A stretch of 64,000 nucleotides of DNA, taken from positions 32,001 to 96,000 of the forward strand of contig JBDRPD010000083.1 in NCBI GenBank assembly GCA_043827405.1, given 5' to 3'. Shown piece after piece: positions 18,282-27,479 of this stretch (positions are counted from its first letter, which is position 1; the number at the start of each line of letters is the position of its first letter). The position numbers and the translations under genes are program-made. The notes below the pieces were generated by a model. That model was not told the origin of the DNA, made no database searches, and worked only from the letters and a program-made list of their open reading frames with translations. The stretch comes from Elusimicrobiota bacterium (GTDB lineage: Bacteria; Elusimicrobiota; Elusimicrobia; UBA1565).

Positions 18282-19570
18282 GCCTCGTTGTGATGGTCGC
18301 ACTGCTGTCGATGTTTCAGGCGGCCGCGCTGTGGGGCGCTTATCCCCGGCGGCGGCGGGCATCCAGCATCGCCGCGGGCCTCGCCGTTGTCTTCTGGGTG
18401 CTGGGCTTCGCTTTTGTCGGCGGCGCCTATGCGGCGCCTTGGGTGCTGGCGGGACTGCTCAGCATCGGAACCTGCTATTATGCCTCCTATGTGGTCGGGC
18501 GCAACAGCGACGAATACGACCGCCTGGATGCCGCGCTCGAACAGCGGCAAAAGAGCCGTTTGGAGCTGCGCAGCAAAGTCAGCGCGGCGCGTGCCCGTAT
18601 TCAAAAAATCGAGACCGAGCAGCGCGAGGTCACGGCGCTTTACAGCATGATCAAGGGATTGTCGGAGGCGCTGTCGTGGGAGGAGATGCGCCCCAAGCTG
18701 GAGATCGCGATCCAGCAGTACCTCGGGGTCGAATCCTTCGCGCTCTATGTCGAAGAGGATGGAAAGATGCGGCTGATCGCCGCCCGCAAGATGAGCGCTT
18801 CCGTCGGCGCCGCCTGGGGAACCTTCGAGCGCTTTTTGCAGGAGCATAAGATTCCCGTGCGCGTGCCTCATGTCTTCGACTTTACGGAGCAGGCCGTCGG
18901 CGTGCCGATCTTTGAGAACGAGAAGCTCTCCGGCTATTTCTATGTCCGCGCGCCCGAGAAGACCGACGCGGTGGGGCTGCTGGCGAAGTGCGAGAACTTC
19001 GTCGAGGAGATATCTTTCGCTTTCCGGCGGGTGCGGCTGTTCCAAGAGGTCGAGCGCTATTCCGTGACCGACGGCCTCACCGGGCTTTACCGCCGGGGCG
19101 AGCTGGACCGCAAGCTGCAGGAAGAGGTCATCCGCGGCCGCACTTTCAAGACCACGTTCTGTCTAATGCTGCTCGACATCGACCACTTTAAATCATTGAA
19201 TGACAAGTACGGGCATCCTTTTGGGGACCAGGTGCTCGCCCGCATCGGGCAGGTGCTGCGCGACAGCTTCTATGAGACCGATTTCGTCGCGCGCTATGGG
19301 GGCGAGGAGTTCGCGGTGCTGATGCCGCGTGCCCAGATGGACGGGGTTTTGCGCAAGGCGGAGTCGGTGCGCCATGCCGTTGCCGCCGAGACCTTCGAGA
19401 TCGCGATGCAGAAGCTGCGGGTGACGATGTCTATCGGCATCGCGCACTTCCCGCGCGACGGGGAGTCCGCCGAGGCCGTGCTGCGGCAGGCGGACCAGGC
19501 GCTGTACTACGCTAAAGAGAATGGACGCAACCGGACGGTGGATATTTCGCAGACGCGGGGCGACAAATGA
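18278..19570 (+). CDS. Membrane diguanylate cyclase (TM, coiled coil, GAF-like, GGDEF)
   Basis: TDGLTGL, DIDHFKSLNDKYGHPFGD, ARYGGEEF; ATGA overlap. Confidence 0.93.
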   Translation: MSLVVMVALLSMFQAAALWGAYPRRRRASSIAAGLAVVFWVLGFAFVGGAYAAPWVLAGLLSIGTCYYASYVVGRNSDEYDRLDAALEQRQKSRLELRSKVSAARARIQKIETEQREVTALYSMIKGLSEALSWEEMRPKLEIAIQQYLGVESFALYVEEDGKMRLIAARKMSASVGAAWGTFERFLQEHKIPVRVPHVFDFTEQAVGVPIFENEKLSGYFYVRAPEKTDAVGLLAKCENFVEEISFAFRRVRLFQEVERYSVTDGLTGLYRRGELDRKLQEEVIRGRTFKTTFCLMLLDIDHFKSLNDKYGHPFGDQVLARIGQVLRDSFYETDFVARYGGEEFAVLMPRAQMDGVLRKAESVRHAVAAETFEIAMQKLRVTMSIGIAHFPRDGESAEAVLRQADQALYYAKENGRNRTVDISQTRGDK

Positions 19571-20727
19571 ACGAAGAAGAATTTCCCAAGGACGAAACTG
19601 AAAAAACTCCCGACGCGGCGGCGGACACCGCCGCCGCGGCCGCAAAAGAAAGCGGCCCCGATGAAGCCGGGGCGCGAGGGGAGAACGACCGGCGCGCCGA
19701 GCCTGAAAAGCCGCCGGAGCCCCGGCTGATGAATCGCCGCGCTTCGGACCTGCATCCCATCAAGCGCCGGCTGGTGATGTCTCTGGTGGGGCTCTACGCC
19801 GTCTCGGTGATCGCGGCGGCGGCGGTGCTGTGGCGCTCACAGAGCATGCGCTCCGGCGGCGACGGCAAGGGCATCGACCTTAAGCCGGTCGCCGGCATGC
19901 TCGCGAACAAGGATGCCGTCGGCATGCTGACGATCAGCGGTCCGATCTACCGCTCCGAGGGCGGGCGCATGTTCGAGCGCGGCGTTCAGCAGTGGGGGCG
20001 CCACATCGAGAAGCTGGCCAAGAAGAAGGAGGTCAAGGCGATCGTCATCAGCATCAACTCCCCGGGCGGCAGCGTGGGGGCGGTGCAGGAGCTCTACGAT
20101 ACGATCCTGCGGGTGAAGAAGGAGCATAAGAAGCCGGTGGTGGCCCATCTGGGCGACGTCGCGGCTTCCGGCGGCTACTACTTGGCCATTACCTGCGACC
20201 ATATCGTGGCGCATCCGGGGACTTTGCTCGGCTCGATCGGCGTCATCTTCAGCAACGTGAACGTCGAGGGCCTGCTCACGAAGGTCGGCATCAAGTCGCG
20301 GGTCATCAAGTCGGGCAAGATGAAGGATATCGGCTCGATGTCCCGGCCGATGACGGAAGAGGAGCGCGCGCTGATGCAGGAGCTTATCGACAACGCGTAC
20401 GCGCAGTTTCTCGGCGCCGTGGTCAAGGGGCGCAAGCAGCCGGCCAGCAAGATCCGGCCGCTGGCCGACGGCCGTATCTTCACCGGCCAGCAGGCGCTGG
20501 AGCTCGGCCTCATCGACAGCCTCGGGGACTCGCATGCGGCGGTTATGCTGGCGGCCAAGCTGGGCGGCATCAAGGACGCTGAACCCCGGATCATCCGCGG
20601 CTCCGACGGCCTCTCGAACTTTATGGAGCTGCTGGACTCGCGTTGGGGCGGCCTGTTCTCTGCCCGGAGCGCGGCGCTGCAGGAGTTCAAGCAGTGGGGC
20701 TACCATGGGCTGGAGTACCGCTGGTGA
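19567..20727 (+). CDS. sppA: Signal peptide peptidase SppA (36K type)
   Basis: INSPGG, AASGGYY, GSIGV, ADGRIFTGQQA. Confidence 0.93.
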   Translation: MNEEEFPKDETEKTPDAAADTAAAAAKESGPDEAGARGENDRRAEPEKPPEPRLMNRRASDLHPIKRRLVMSLVGLYAVSVIAAAAVLWRSQSMRSGGDGKGIDLKPVAGMLANKDAVGMLTISGPIYRSEGGRMFERGVQQWGRHIEKLAKKKEVKAIVISINSPGGSVGAVQELYDTILRVKKEHKKPVVAHLGDVAASGGYYLAITCDHIVAHPGTLLGSIGVIFSNVNVEGLLTKVGIKSRVIKSGKMKDIGSMSRPMTEEERALMQELIDNAYAQFLGAVVKGRKQPASKIRPLADGRIFTGQQALELGLIDSLGDSHAAVMLAAKLGGIKDAEPRIIRGSDGLSNFMELLDSRWGGLFSARSAALQEFKQWGYHGLEYRW

Positions 20728-21314
20728 CTACCGTCAGCGAGAGCATCGGCGTCTTCTACGACTTTATCGAAGACCCGCCGCGCGCGGCGGAGGCCGCGCG
20801 CCGGGATGCGCCGCTGACTTTGGGTATCGGCGCCTACCTGCTGTCGGCGCTCAGCCTGTTTTTGGCGCAGGCGATCTCGGGCAAGACCGGCCTGTTCGGG
20901 CTGACCTGGATGTCGATCAGCTTCGTTACCGTATGGAGCGTCGGCATGGGCATCCTGCAGACCGGGCTGGTGCACGTGGTGGCGGAGGTTTGCGGCGGAA
21001 AGGGGCGGGCGGTGTCGCTGTTTGTGATGCTGGGTCTCAGCGAGCTCGCTTGGGCGCTGGTCCTGCCCGGCGTCCTGGTGGTCCAGGCCTTCTTCCCCGA
21101 TTCGAGATGGGGTTTGCCCGTGGTGTCCTTCTTCGTCAGCGTAATCTGCATTTTTCTCAAGGTTCGCTGCATTCGTCTCAACTACCGCTTCGGCTCGCTG
21201 CAGGCCTGGTTCTCGATTCTGTTCCCGTACCTGGCGGTCGCCGCCGCCTGCGCCTTCATATTCCTGGCGGCGATATGGGATCTGGTGCGCGGCCTTAAAG
21301 GCCTGATGCTGTGA
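20724..21314 (+). CDS. Yip1-like membrane protein
   Basis: About 5 TM segments, early DP motif; GTGA overlaps at both ends. Confidence 0.6.
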   Translation: MTTVSESIGVFYDFIEDPPRAAEAARRDAPLTLGIGAYLLSALSLFLAQAISGKTGLFGLTWMSISFVTVWSVGMGILQTGLVHVVAEVCGGKGRAVSLFVMLGLSELAWALVLPGVLVVQAFFPDSRWGLPVVSFFVSVICIFLKVRCIRLNYRFGSLQAWFSILFPYLAVAAACAFIFLAAIWDLVRGLKGLML

Positions 21315-22054
21315 AGGAAGCGATTCCCGAGGAGTATCAGGGCTATCCAGTCGTCACTCCGAAGATGATGCAGGAGATCGACCGGCGGGCGATCGAGGAG
21401 TACGGCATCCCCTCGCTTGAGCTGATGGAAAGCGCCGGGCGGGCCATCGCCGATGAGACGATCAAGTATCTCAAGAAGCACTCGACCATGCCGGTCGAGG
21501 ATACCATGGTGACCGTCTGCTGCGGCCGCGGCAATAACGGCGGCGACGGACTGGTGGTCGCGCGCTATCTGAAAGAGGCGGGCTACGAGGTGCAGGTCTA
21601 TATCGCGCCTGCCAAGCGCGACCGGCCCTACCCGGACGAGGTGCATAAGAATCTGGGACGCGCCAACGAAGTCGGCGTTTCGGTGCACCAGGTCTCGGAA
21701 GAGCTGGTCGAGCTTGACGTCCGCCTGCGCTCCTCGGCGATCAATATCGACGCTTTGCTCGGCACCGGAGCCAGCGGCAAGCCCGCCGGCTATACGCACC
21801 GCATGGTTCAGCGCTTGATGAAGGCCGGCAAGCCCATTATCTCCGTGGATGTGCCCACCGGCCTTAATCCCGAGACCGGCTATCACAGCGGCGTGGTCGT
21901 AACCGCGGTGATGACCTGCGCCTTGGGCCTGCCCAAATGCGGCCTGCTGGCGACGGCGGCACGCCGCTTCGTCGGCGAGCTTAAAATTCTGGAGATCGGC
22001 TTTCCCGAGGACCTGATCCGTAAGGTCGTCGACGCCGCGGAGCGGATGCGTTGA
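21311..22054 (+). CDS. nnrE: NAD(P)H-hydrate epimerase (YjeF N-terminal domain, stand-alone)
   Basis: LMESAG, CGRGNNGGDG, DALLGTG, SVDVPTG. Confidence 0.9.
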   Translation: MKEAIPEEYQGYPVVTPKMMQEIDRRAIEEYGIPSLELMESAGRAIADETIKYLKKHSTMPVEDTMVTVCCGRGNNGGDGLVVARYLKEAGYEVQVYIAPAKRDRPYPDEVHKNLGRANEVGVSVHQVSEELVELDVRLRSSAINIDALLGTGASGKPAGYTHRMVQRLMKAGKPIISVDVPTGLNPETGYHSGVVVTAVMTCALGLPKCGLLATAARRFVGELKILEIGFPEDLIRKVVDAAERMR

Positions 22055-22638
22055 TTCGGTTCGCCGCCGTTCTGCTGGCGGCGGGGCTGGCCGCCTGTGC
22101 GCAGACGCCCAAGAAGTCCGCGGCGCTTAAACCCCTGCCGCCTTCCACGTCCGCCGACAGCGGCCGTTTCGCCGTATTGACAACAAGCCGCGGCGAGATC
22201 AGGGTTAAGCTGCTGGCCGACGAAGCGCCGCTGGCGGTCAAGAACTTCACCAGCCTGGCGGCTGGGAAGTCCAAGCGCCCGTTCTATAACGGCACGCATT
22301 TTTTTAAAGTGATCCCCGGCTTCATTATTCAAGGAGGAGATCCGTTAAACACCGGCCAGGGCGGGGCGGGCTATACGTTCGCCGACGAGTTCTATCCGCG
22401 GCGGAAATTCGACCGGGCCGGCCTGGTGGCGCTGGCCAGTTCGGCGCCCGACAGCAATAGCTCGCAGTTTTTCATCACCTTGGCTCCGGCGCCCTGGCTC
22501 GACGGCAAGCACACCATCTTCGGAGAAGTGGTCGAGGGCATGGATGTCGTGGCGGCTATCGCCGCCGCACCGCTGCGCGGCGACCGTCCGGTCATGCCGC
22601 AGGTTCTGCGGACGGTCCGCATCGAGGGGGAAAAGTAG
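22051..22638 (+). CDS. Cyclophilin-type peptidyl-prolyl isomerase, lipoprotein
   Basis: Lipobox LAAC; FIIQGGDP, SQFFIT, WLDGKHTIFG. Confidence 0.93.
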   Translation: MIRFAAVLLAAGLAACAQTPKKSAALKPLPPSTSADSGRFAVLTTSRGEIRVKLLADEAPLAVKNFTSLAAGKSKRPFYNGTHFFKVIPGFIIQGGDPLNTGQGGAGYTFADEFYPRRKFDRAGLVALASSAPDSNSSQFFITLAPAPWLDGKHTIFGEVVEGMDVVAAIAAAPLRGDRPVMPQVLRTVRIEGEK

Positions 22639-22651
22639 AGTGCGGCGGATC

Positions 22652-23338
22652 ATGGACGGGCTTTACCGGCTGGAATCGGGAGGGTTCGTCAACTCCTATT
22701 TGATCGAAGGCGTCTCCGATCTGACTCTGGTCGACAGCGGGCATTCGCGCGCGGCGCGAGCGCTGCTGGGTGAGCTCAAAGACAACGGTTTCCAGGTCCG
22801 CGACATCGGCCGCGTTGTGCTGACCCACACCCACGCCGATCATGTCGGCGGGCTGGCGGCGCTTCTGGACCGGCATCCGGTTAAAATATTCGCCCACCCC
22901 AAAGAGATCCCCATTCTGCAGGGCAAGCAGCTGGCCAAGCCTCTCAAGGGTATCCGGGGATTTATCTCCGAATTTGTGCAGGAGCATTGGTTTCCCTGGC
23001 CTCCGGTAGAGGCGGTATTTCCGCTGGAGCCGGGCAGCCCGGTGCGCGGGCTGTCGCAGTGGCAGGTTCTGCTTACGCCCGGACATACCGCGGGCTCGGT
23101 GAGCCTGTTTAATCCCGCCAAGCAGGTGCTGATATGCGGCGATTCGATCAGTAATCTCCGGGGACGCCTGCAGCTGCCTGCCGCCTGCTACAATGCCAGC
23201 AACTCGGCCCTGCGCCGCACCATCGAGGAGCTCGCCAAGCTCGATACCGACATCCTATGTCCGGGCCATGGTCCGGTTCTGCGCGGGGGCGCCTTCCGCT
23301 ACATCGAGGCGCTGCAGGCCCGGCGGCGCAGCAGCTAG
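22652..23338 (+). CDS. Metallo-beta-lactamase-fold hydrolase (start 22652 or 22640)
   Basis: THTHADHVG, TPGHTAG, GD, CPGHG. Confidence 0.9.
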   Translation: MDGLYRLESGGFVNSYLIEGVSDLTLVDSGHSRAARALLGELKDNGFQVRDIGRVVLTHTHADHVGGLAALLDRHPVKIFAHPKEIPILQGKQLAKPLKGIRGFISEFVQEHWFPWPPVEAVFPLEPGSPVRGLSQWQVLLTPGHTAGSVSLFNPAKQVLICGDSISNLRGRLQLPAACYNASNSALRRTIEELAKLDTDILCPGHGPVLRGGAFRYIEALQARRRSS

Positions 23339-23342
23339 CCGG

Positions 23343-24644
23343 CTATTCGGCCAAGTAGTCGCGGATGTCGGCGGCGCGAAACCAAGCCCACACCCAGGCA
23401 GCATAACCCCACTCAAAAAGCTTGCCGCGGAGCTTGAGCCAGGCGGTGGGCTCATGCGGCCTGACGGGGAAGGTCAGCGCCTGGACGGCGGCGGGATCGG
23501 GCGAGACCACCTGGTAGCCTTCAAGGAAGCTCTCGCGCACCACTTCGGGAGAGGGGGTCAAGGTGAACTGGAAGGCCTCAATTACGTCGAGCTTGTTCTC
23601 AACCCAGGTGCGATCCAGGACTTCAGTGAACGGCATAATGGCGTCGAGGCTGCCGTCCTGGGTTACGAGCTGATAGTCGATATCGCTTTTGGGGGTGGAT
23701 TCGCCGATGGCGTAGCTGCCCAGCAGGATTAAAGCGACGATCTTTTTGCCCTGCGGCAGGCGCACATTCACTTCGAGGATGGATTTGTTGACCGCTTCTT
23801 TAAATGAGGCGACGACCGCCGCTTGTTTTTCGGCGCGATGGCGCTCGACTTTTTCCACCTCCGCGCGGCCGAGCTTGGCCTCGATGTAGGCTTTGACTTC
23901 CCGCGGCGTCTTGGTTACGGTCTCAAAGAAGATGCCGAAGGCATGCTTGCGGTAATTGCTCGGGCGCAGCGGCGAGACGTACGCGTCGACGCGATCGAGG
24001 TAGTTGTGGAAGGCCTTGCGCGTTTCGGGATCCTGGGGGAAATACTTATCGTAGACCTTTTCGGCTTCGCGGCGTACCGTCTTGCGGTCGGCGGTGGTAA
24101 AACCCGCGGTCTGTACGCCGCCGGTATAGCCCTTCACCCGCCAGGCGGTCCACATGCCCTCGAGATCGGCTACCGCGCGTTCCTTGCCCTTGGTTTCGAG
24201 CTCCTGTTCCTTGACCCACTGGCGCAGCAAAGCTACCCGCGAGCCGAAGAAGAACTTGAAGGTCTCCCACTGGGCGCGGCGGTACTGCGTCTTGGCCTGC
24301 GAGGAGGGAGCGGCGTTGGTCCAGAGTACGGGATGGCCGGCGACCTCTTCTTTGGCCGGGGCCGCGAAGGCGATGCTTTTGTCCGCATTCTGTATTTTCA
24401 TCGCGGGGAGAGCGCTGTTCAGCGTGGGCGACGGAGTAAGGACGGAAGGTAGAGCGAGGCCGGTTCCCGGCTGGAGCGCGGAGGCGGTTACCGAAATGCT
24501 GATATGTGTCGGTACGGCGCCGGCCACCGCGGCATTGGCCGCGCCGCCGGGATGGAGGACCGGGCGGACGGCGTTAACGGCGGCGGAAGAAAAGTTGGGA
24601 AACGCTACGGTGAGGGAGGCTAGGAGCGACAGCAGTCGTTTCAT
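23343..24644 (-). CDS. Exported protein with C-terminal minimal nucleotidyltransferase (pol-beta superfamily) domain
   Basis: Signal peptide, Ala/Pro-rich linker, LLGSYAIGESTPKSDIDY (GS...DxD). Confidence 0.65.
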   Translation of the reverse strand: MKRLLSLLASLTVAFPNFSSAAVNAVRPVLHPGGAANAAVAGAVPTHISISVTASALQPGTGLALPSVLTPSPTLNSALPAMKIQNADKSIAFAAPAKEEVAGHPVLWTNAAPSSQAKTQYRRAQWETFKFFFGSRVALLRQWVKEQELETKGKERAVADLEGMWTAWRVKGYTGGVQTAGFTTADRKTVRREAEKVYDKYFPQDPETRKAFHNYLDRVDAYVSPLRPSNYRKHAFGIFFETVTKTPREVKAYIEAKLGRAEVEKVERHRAEKQAAVVASFKEAVNKSILEVNVRLPQGKKIVALILLGSYAIGESTPKSDIDYQLVTQDGSLDAIMPFTEVLDRTWVENKLDVIEAFQFTLTPSPEVVRESFLEGYQVVSPDPAAVQALTFPVRPHEPTAWLKLRGKLFEWGYAAWVWAWFRAADIRDYLAE

Positions 24645-24828
24645 AATCCTAATTCTAACAAGGACTCTGATTTTGACCTAGGAGCATAAGTCACAGCGCG
24701 CGCGTGCCATTGGTCCTAGACGCGTCTGTTCACATATTGATCCCTAGCATCCCTGGGGGATTGGGGCTATAATGGGACGGAAAAGCGGAGGCTAAAGCAG
24801 ATGTTTCGATCACGCAGGAGCGGGGTTA

Positions 24829-26019
24829 ATGGCAATTAAAGCTGTTTTCTGGACTTTGGTTGTCGGCGTAGAACTTTTGGGTTTTGTTTTTTGGGGCTGG
24901 TGGAGTATTTTAATTATTAATGGCGGAATCATCGTTTTGGAGTTTTTGCTAACAGACAACCTGGATAATTTTCTGCAAGAAAGCAATTTGAATGTCAAAA
25001 AGATTCCCAAGTTGTTGATTGAACGAAAGTATGAGTTTCAGAATTCGGAAGAGAAAATAAACTGGAAGCACGACGCCGAGCTTGGGTGGAGGCTGAAGCC
25101 TAATACGCGGCTCGCAATGAATATCGCAATTCCTGAACTTGGGTTGAGGCATTCCCTAGTCTATAACACGATTGAAAACGGTTCGCGCCGAACATCTTCG
25201 GCGTCTGCCGAGAGCAAAAAACATTGTCCGGTTATTTCCATTTTAGGATGTTCCAACACTTACGGGCACTCCTTAAATGACGAAGAGACCTATGCGTGGC
25301 TTCTGCAGGAGCAGTTTCCAGAGAAACGGGTTATTAATTATGGCGTTGCCGGGTACTCCCTGTATCAATGTCTTTTGGTTTTAGAAAAAACGATCAAAGA
25401 GGACGGCCCGGAAGTCGTAGTGATCGGATTCCATCCCGATTTAGGGTGGCGAAATACCAGCTCTTTTGCCTGGGCTCACCGGATCAATGATACGTGGCGG
25501 ATCCCTTCTTGCGTTTCCCGTAAGGGTAAACTGCATCGTTATCCCCCTCGGGGTTACGTGGGATTGCCTTACTCCGGGTTCCGGGTCGCGAAATCGTTGG
25601 AGCTCTACATGAATCGGCTGTTGTTTTGGAGGCGCGGTCAGAAGGCCGTGATTCAGAAAACGATGGAGCATTTGCTCCTACAGATGAGAGCCCTTTGTGA
25701 AAGGCATGGAGCGAAATTGATCGTGGCGTGTCTCGATGAATCAAGGATGTATTACGACTTTCTTAATAAAAATGGTTTTTCATGGTGCGTGACCGGGGTG
25801 GACACCAACGAGCTGACCAAGGATGGACGGTTCCGGTGGATTCTTTATCCTTTTGACAACCATCCGAATCAGGACGCCCATCGACGCTATGCCGAGGTGA
25901 TCGGAGAAGCCGCCGGAGATGTCTTGGCCGGAAGGCGTTGTTCTATCCGGCCCGAACTGCTGCGAGGCGGCGGTTTTGAAACAAAAGATGCGGGTGCGTA
26001 CATTTATCCAATTTTTTGA
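24829..26019 (+). CDS. Membrane-anchored SGNH/GDSL hydrolase-like protein
   Basis: LGCSNTYG, NYGVAGYS, DNHPN. Confidence 0.8.
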   Translation: MAIKAVFWTLVVGVELLGFVFWGWWSILIINGGIIVLEFLLTDNLDNFLQESNLNVKKIPKLLIERKYEFQNSEEKINWKHDAELGWRLKPNTRLAMNIAIPELGLRHSLVYNTIENGSRRTSSASAESKKHCPVISILGCSNTYGHSLNDEETYAWLLQEQFPEKRVINYGVAGYSLYQCLLVLEKTIKEDGPEVVVIGFHPDLGWRNTSSFAWAHRINDTWRIPSCVSRKGKLHRYPPRGYVGLPYSGFRVAKSLELYMNRLLFWRRGQKAVIQKTMEHLLLQMRALCERHGAKLIVACLDESRMYYDFLNKNGFSWCVTGVDTNELTKDGRFRWILYPFDNHPNQDAHRRYAEVIGEAAGDVLAGRRCSIRPELLRGGGFETKDAGAYIYPIF

Positions 26020-26074
26020 GACAGAAATTCATAAGACAGCCAGGAGCCGTTAGCGAACGAAACAGGCGGAGATT

Positions 26075-26788
26075 ATGACAGGGAGCGAAGAGTCGGCGTA
26101 TTTGGAGCGCAATCAGGCGTATTGGCGACGAGGTTACAAGGGGTACGCCGACGAGCATATCGAAAGTTTTGTTTTTCGTCCTTACGGCAGAATCATCGAA
26201 AAGGAGCTCGGCGACCGCGGCGCTGGGCCGCGAAAGCTTTTGGATTTCGGCTGCGGGGCAGGCGCCCCCGCGCGATTTTTCCTATCTAAAGGGTTCGCTG
26301 TCTACGGGGTCGATATCTCGGAAGCGAATATTGAATGCTGCAAGCGGCGGATGCCCGAGATCGCCGACCATTTCGCGGTCATCGACGCCGCTCCCGATGC
26401 GGGCGGAAATTTTTGGGACGGCGATTATGATCTGGTGGTCGCTATCCAATCTCTATACTATTTCTCCAACAAAGATTTGAGAGTCGCGCTGAACTCGATG
26501 CATCGCCAAATGAAGCCGGGAGCGCTGATTTATGCCACGATGATCGGGACCAAATGTTGGTGTTTCGAGCATTCCGCGTCCATGAAAGACGGCTTAAGAA
26601 GGTTCGAAGTGAAGAATGAGCGAAGTCAGATTGACTATCATTACGTGAATTTCGTTGAGGATGAAAATGAGTTATGCGCGAAGTTCGATATGTTTAGGAA
26701 GCTGCATGTCGGATTTCATTCGGAGCGTTTCAGGGAAGACGAGGGAATAGATTTCCACTATACCTACGTGGGAAAAAAGGACGGTTAG
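26075..26788 (+). CDS. Class I SAM-dependent methyltransferase
   Basis: LLDFGCGAG, YGVDIS, MKPGA. Confidence 0.88.
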   Translation: MTGSEESAYLERNQAYWRRGYKGYADEHIESFVFRPYGRIIEKELGDRGAGPRKLLDFGCGAGAPARFFLSKGFAVYGVDISEANIECCKRRMPEIADHFAVIDAAPDAGGNFWDGDYDLVVAIQSLYYFSNKDLRVALNSMHRQMKPGALIYATMIGTKCWCFEHSASMKDGLRRFEVKNERSQIDYHYVNFVEDENELCAKFDMFRKLHVGFHSERFREDEGIDFHYTYVGKKDG

Positions 26789-26810
26789 GCCGCGACCTCG
26801 AAAATCCTCC

Positions 26811-27479
26811 CTACAGGCCGGACATCTGAGCGAAGGTGCCGCTGTCGATATCTAGCGGCTTTTTCTGTTCCTGAATGTAGACTTTTTCGTCCCTTGTCGA
26901 TTTTGCCACGAGAGCGCCGGCACCGATAAAATTCCTTTTGCCCACTTTGACGTCATGCGTGATGGTGGCGTTCATGCCGAGAAAACTCCCCCGCCCAATG
27001 ACGGCATCACCGCCGATAGCGATCTGGGATGATATCCATACGTGATCTTCGATGACGGTTCGGTCGCCGATGTGATTGCCCGACCACATCACGACGTTGT
27101 TGCCGATCTTGACGTCGAGATTTATCGTCTGCCGATCCAGAATAAAGCAGTTCTCACCCACGTCGATATCTTCGATGCGGAAGATATCGGAGGCGACGTA
27201 GCTGATAAGGGAATATCCCTTTGCTTTGGCTTCTTCGTATTTTCTTATGCGCAGCTCGTTGAATCCTTGAAATCCCAAAAGGATGAACATCCTGTATTGG
27301 TCGGGAGGGAATTTTTTATCGAGATCGGAAAAGTCCGCAACCGGCAGGCCGTGATATTCGCGGTTGCCTTCGGGCTTGTCGACGGCAAATGCGACGATTT
27401 CATGGTCCGTGTCCTTGGAGAGATAGCGAAAAGCGGTATCGGCGCCGCCGCCCGCCCCGAAAATGATCACTTTGCTCAT
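26811..27479 (-). CDS. Hexapeptide-repeat acyltransferase (NeuD/PglD-like)
   Basis: N-terminal IIFGAGG domain plus left-handed beta-helix repeats (VGENCFI, IGNNVV, IGRGSFLG). Confidence 0.85.
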   Translation of the reverse strand: MSKVIIFGAGGGADTAFRYLSKDTDHEIVAFAVDKPEGNREYHGLPVADFSDLDKKFPPDQYRMFILLGFQGFNELRIRKYEEAKAKGYSLISYVASDIFRIEDIDVGENCFILDRQTINLDVKIGNNVVMWSGNHIGDRTVIEDHVWISSQIAIGGDAVIGRGSFLGMNATITHDVKVGKRNFIGAGALVAKSTRDEKVYIQEQKKPLDIDSGTFAQMSGL

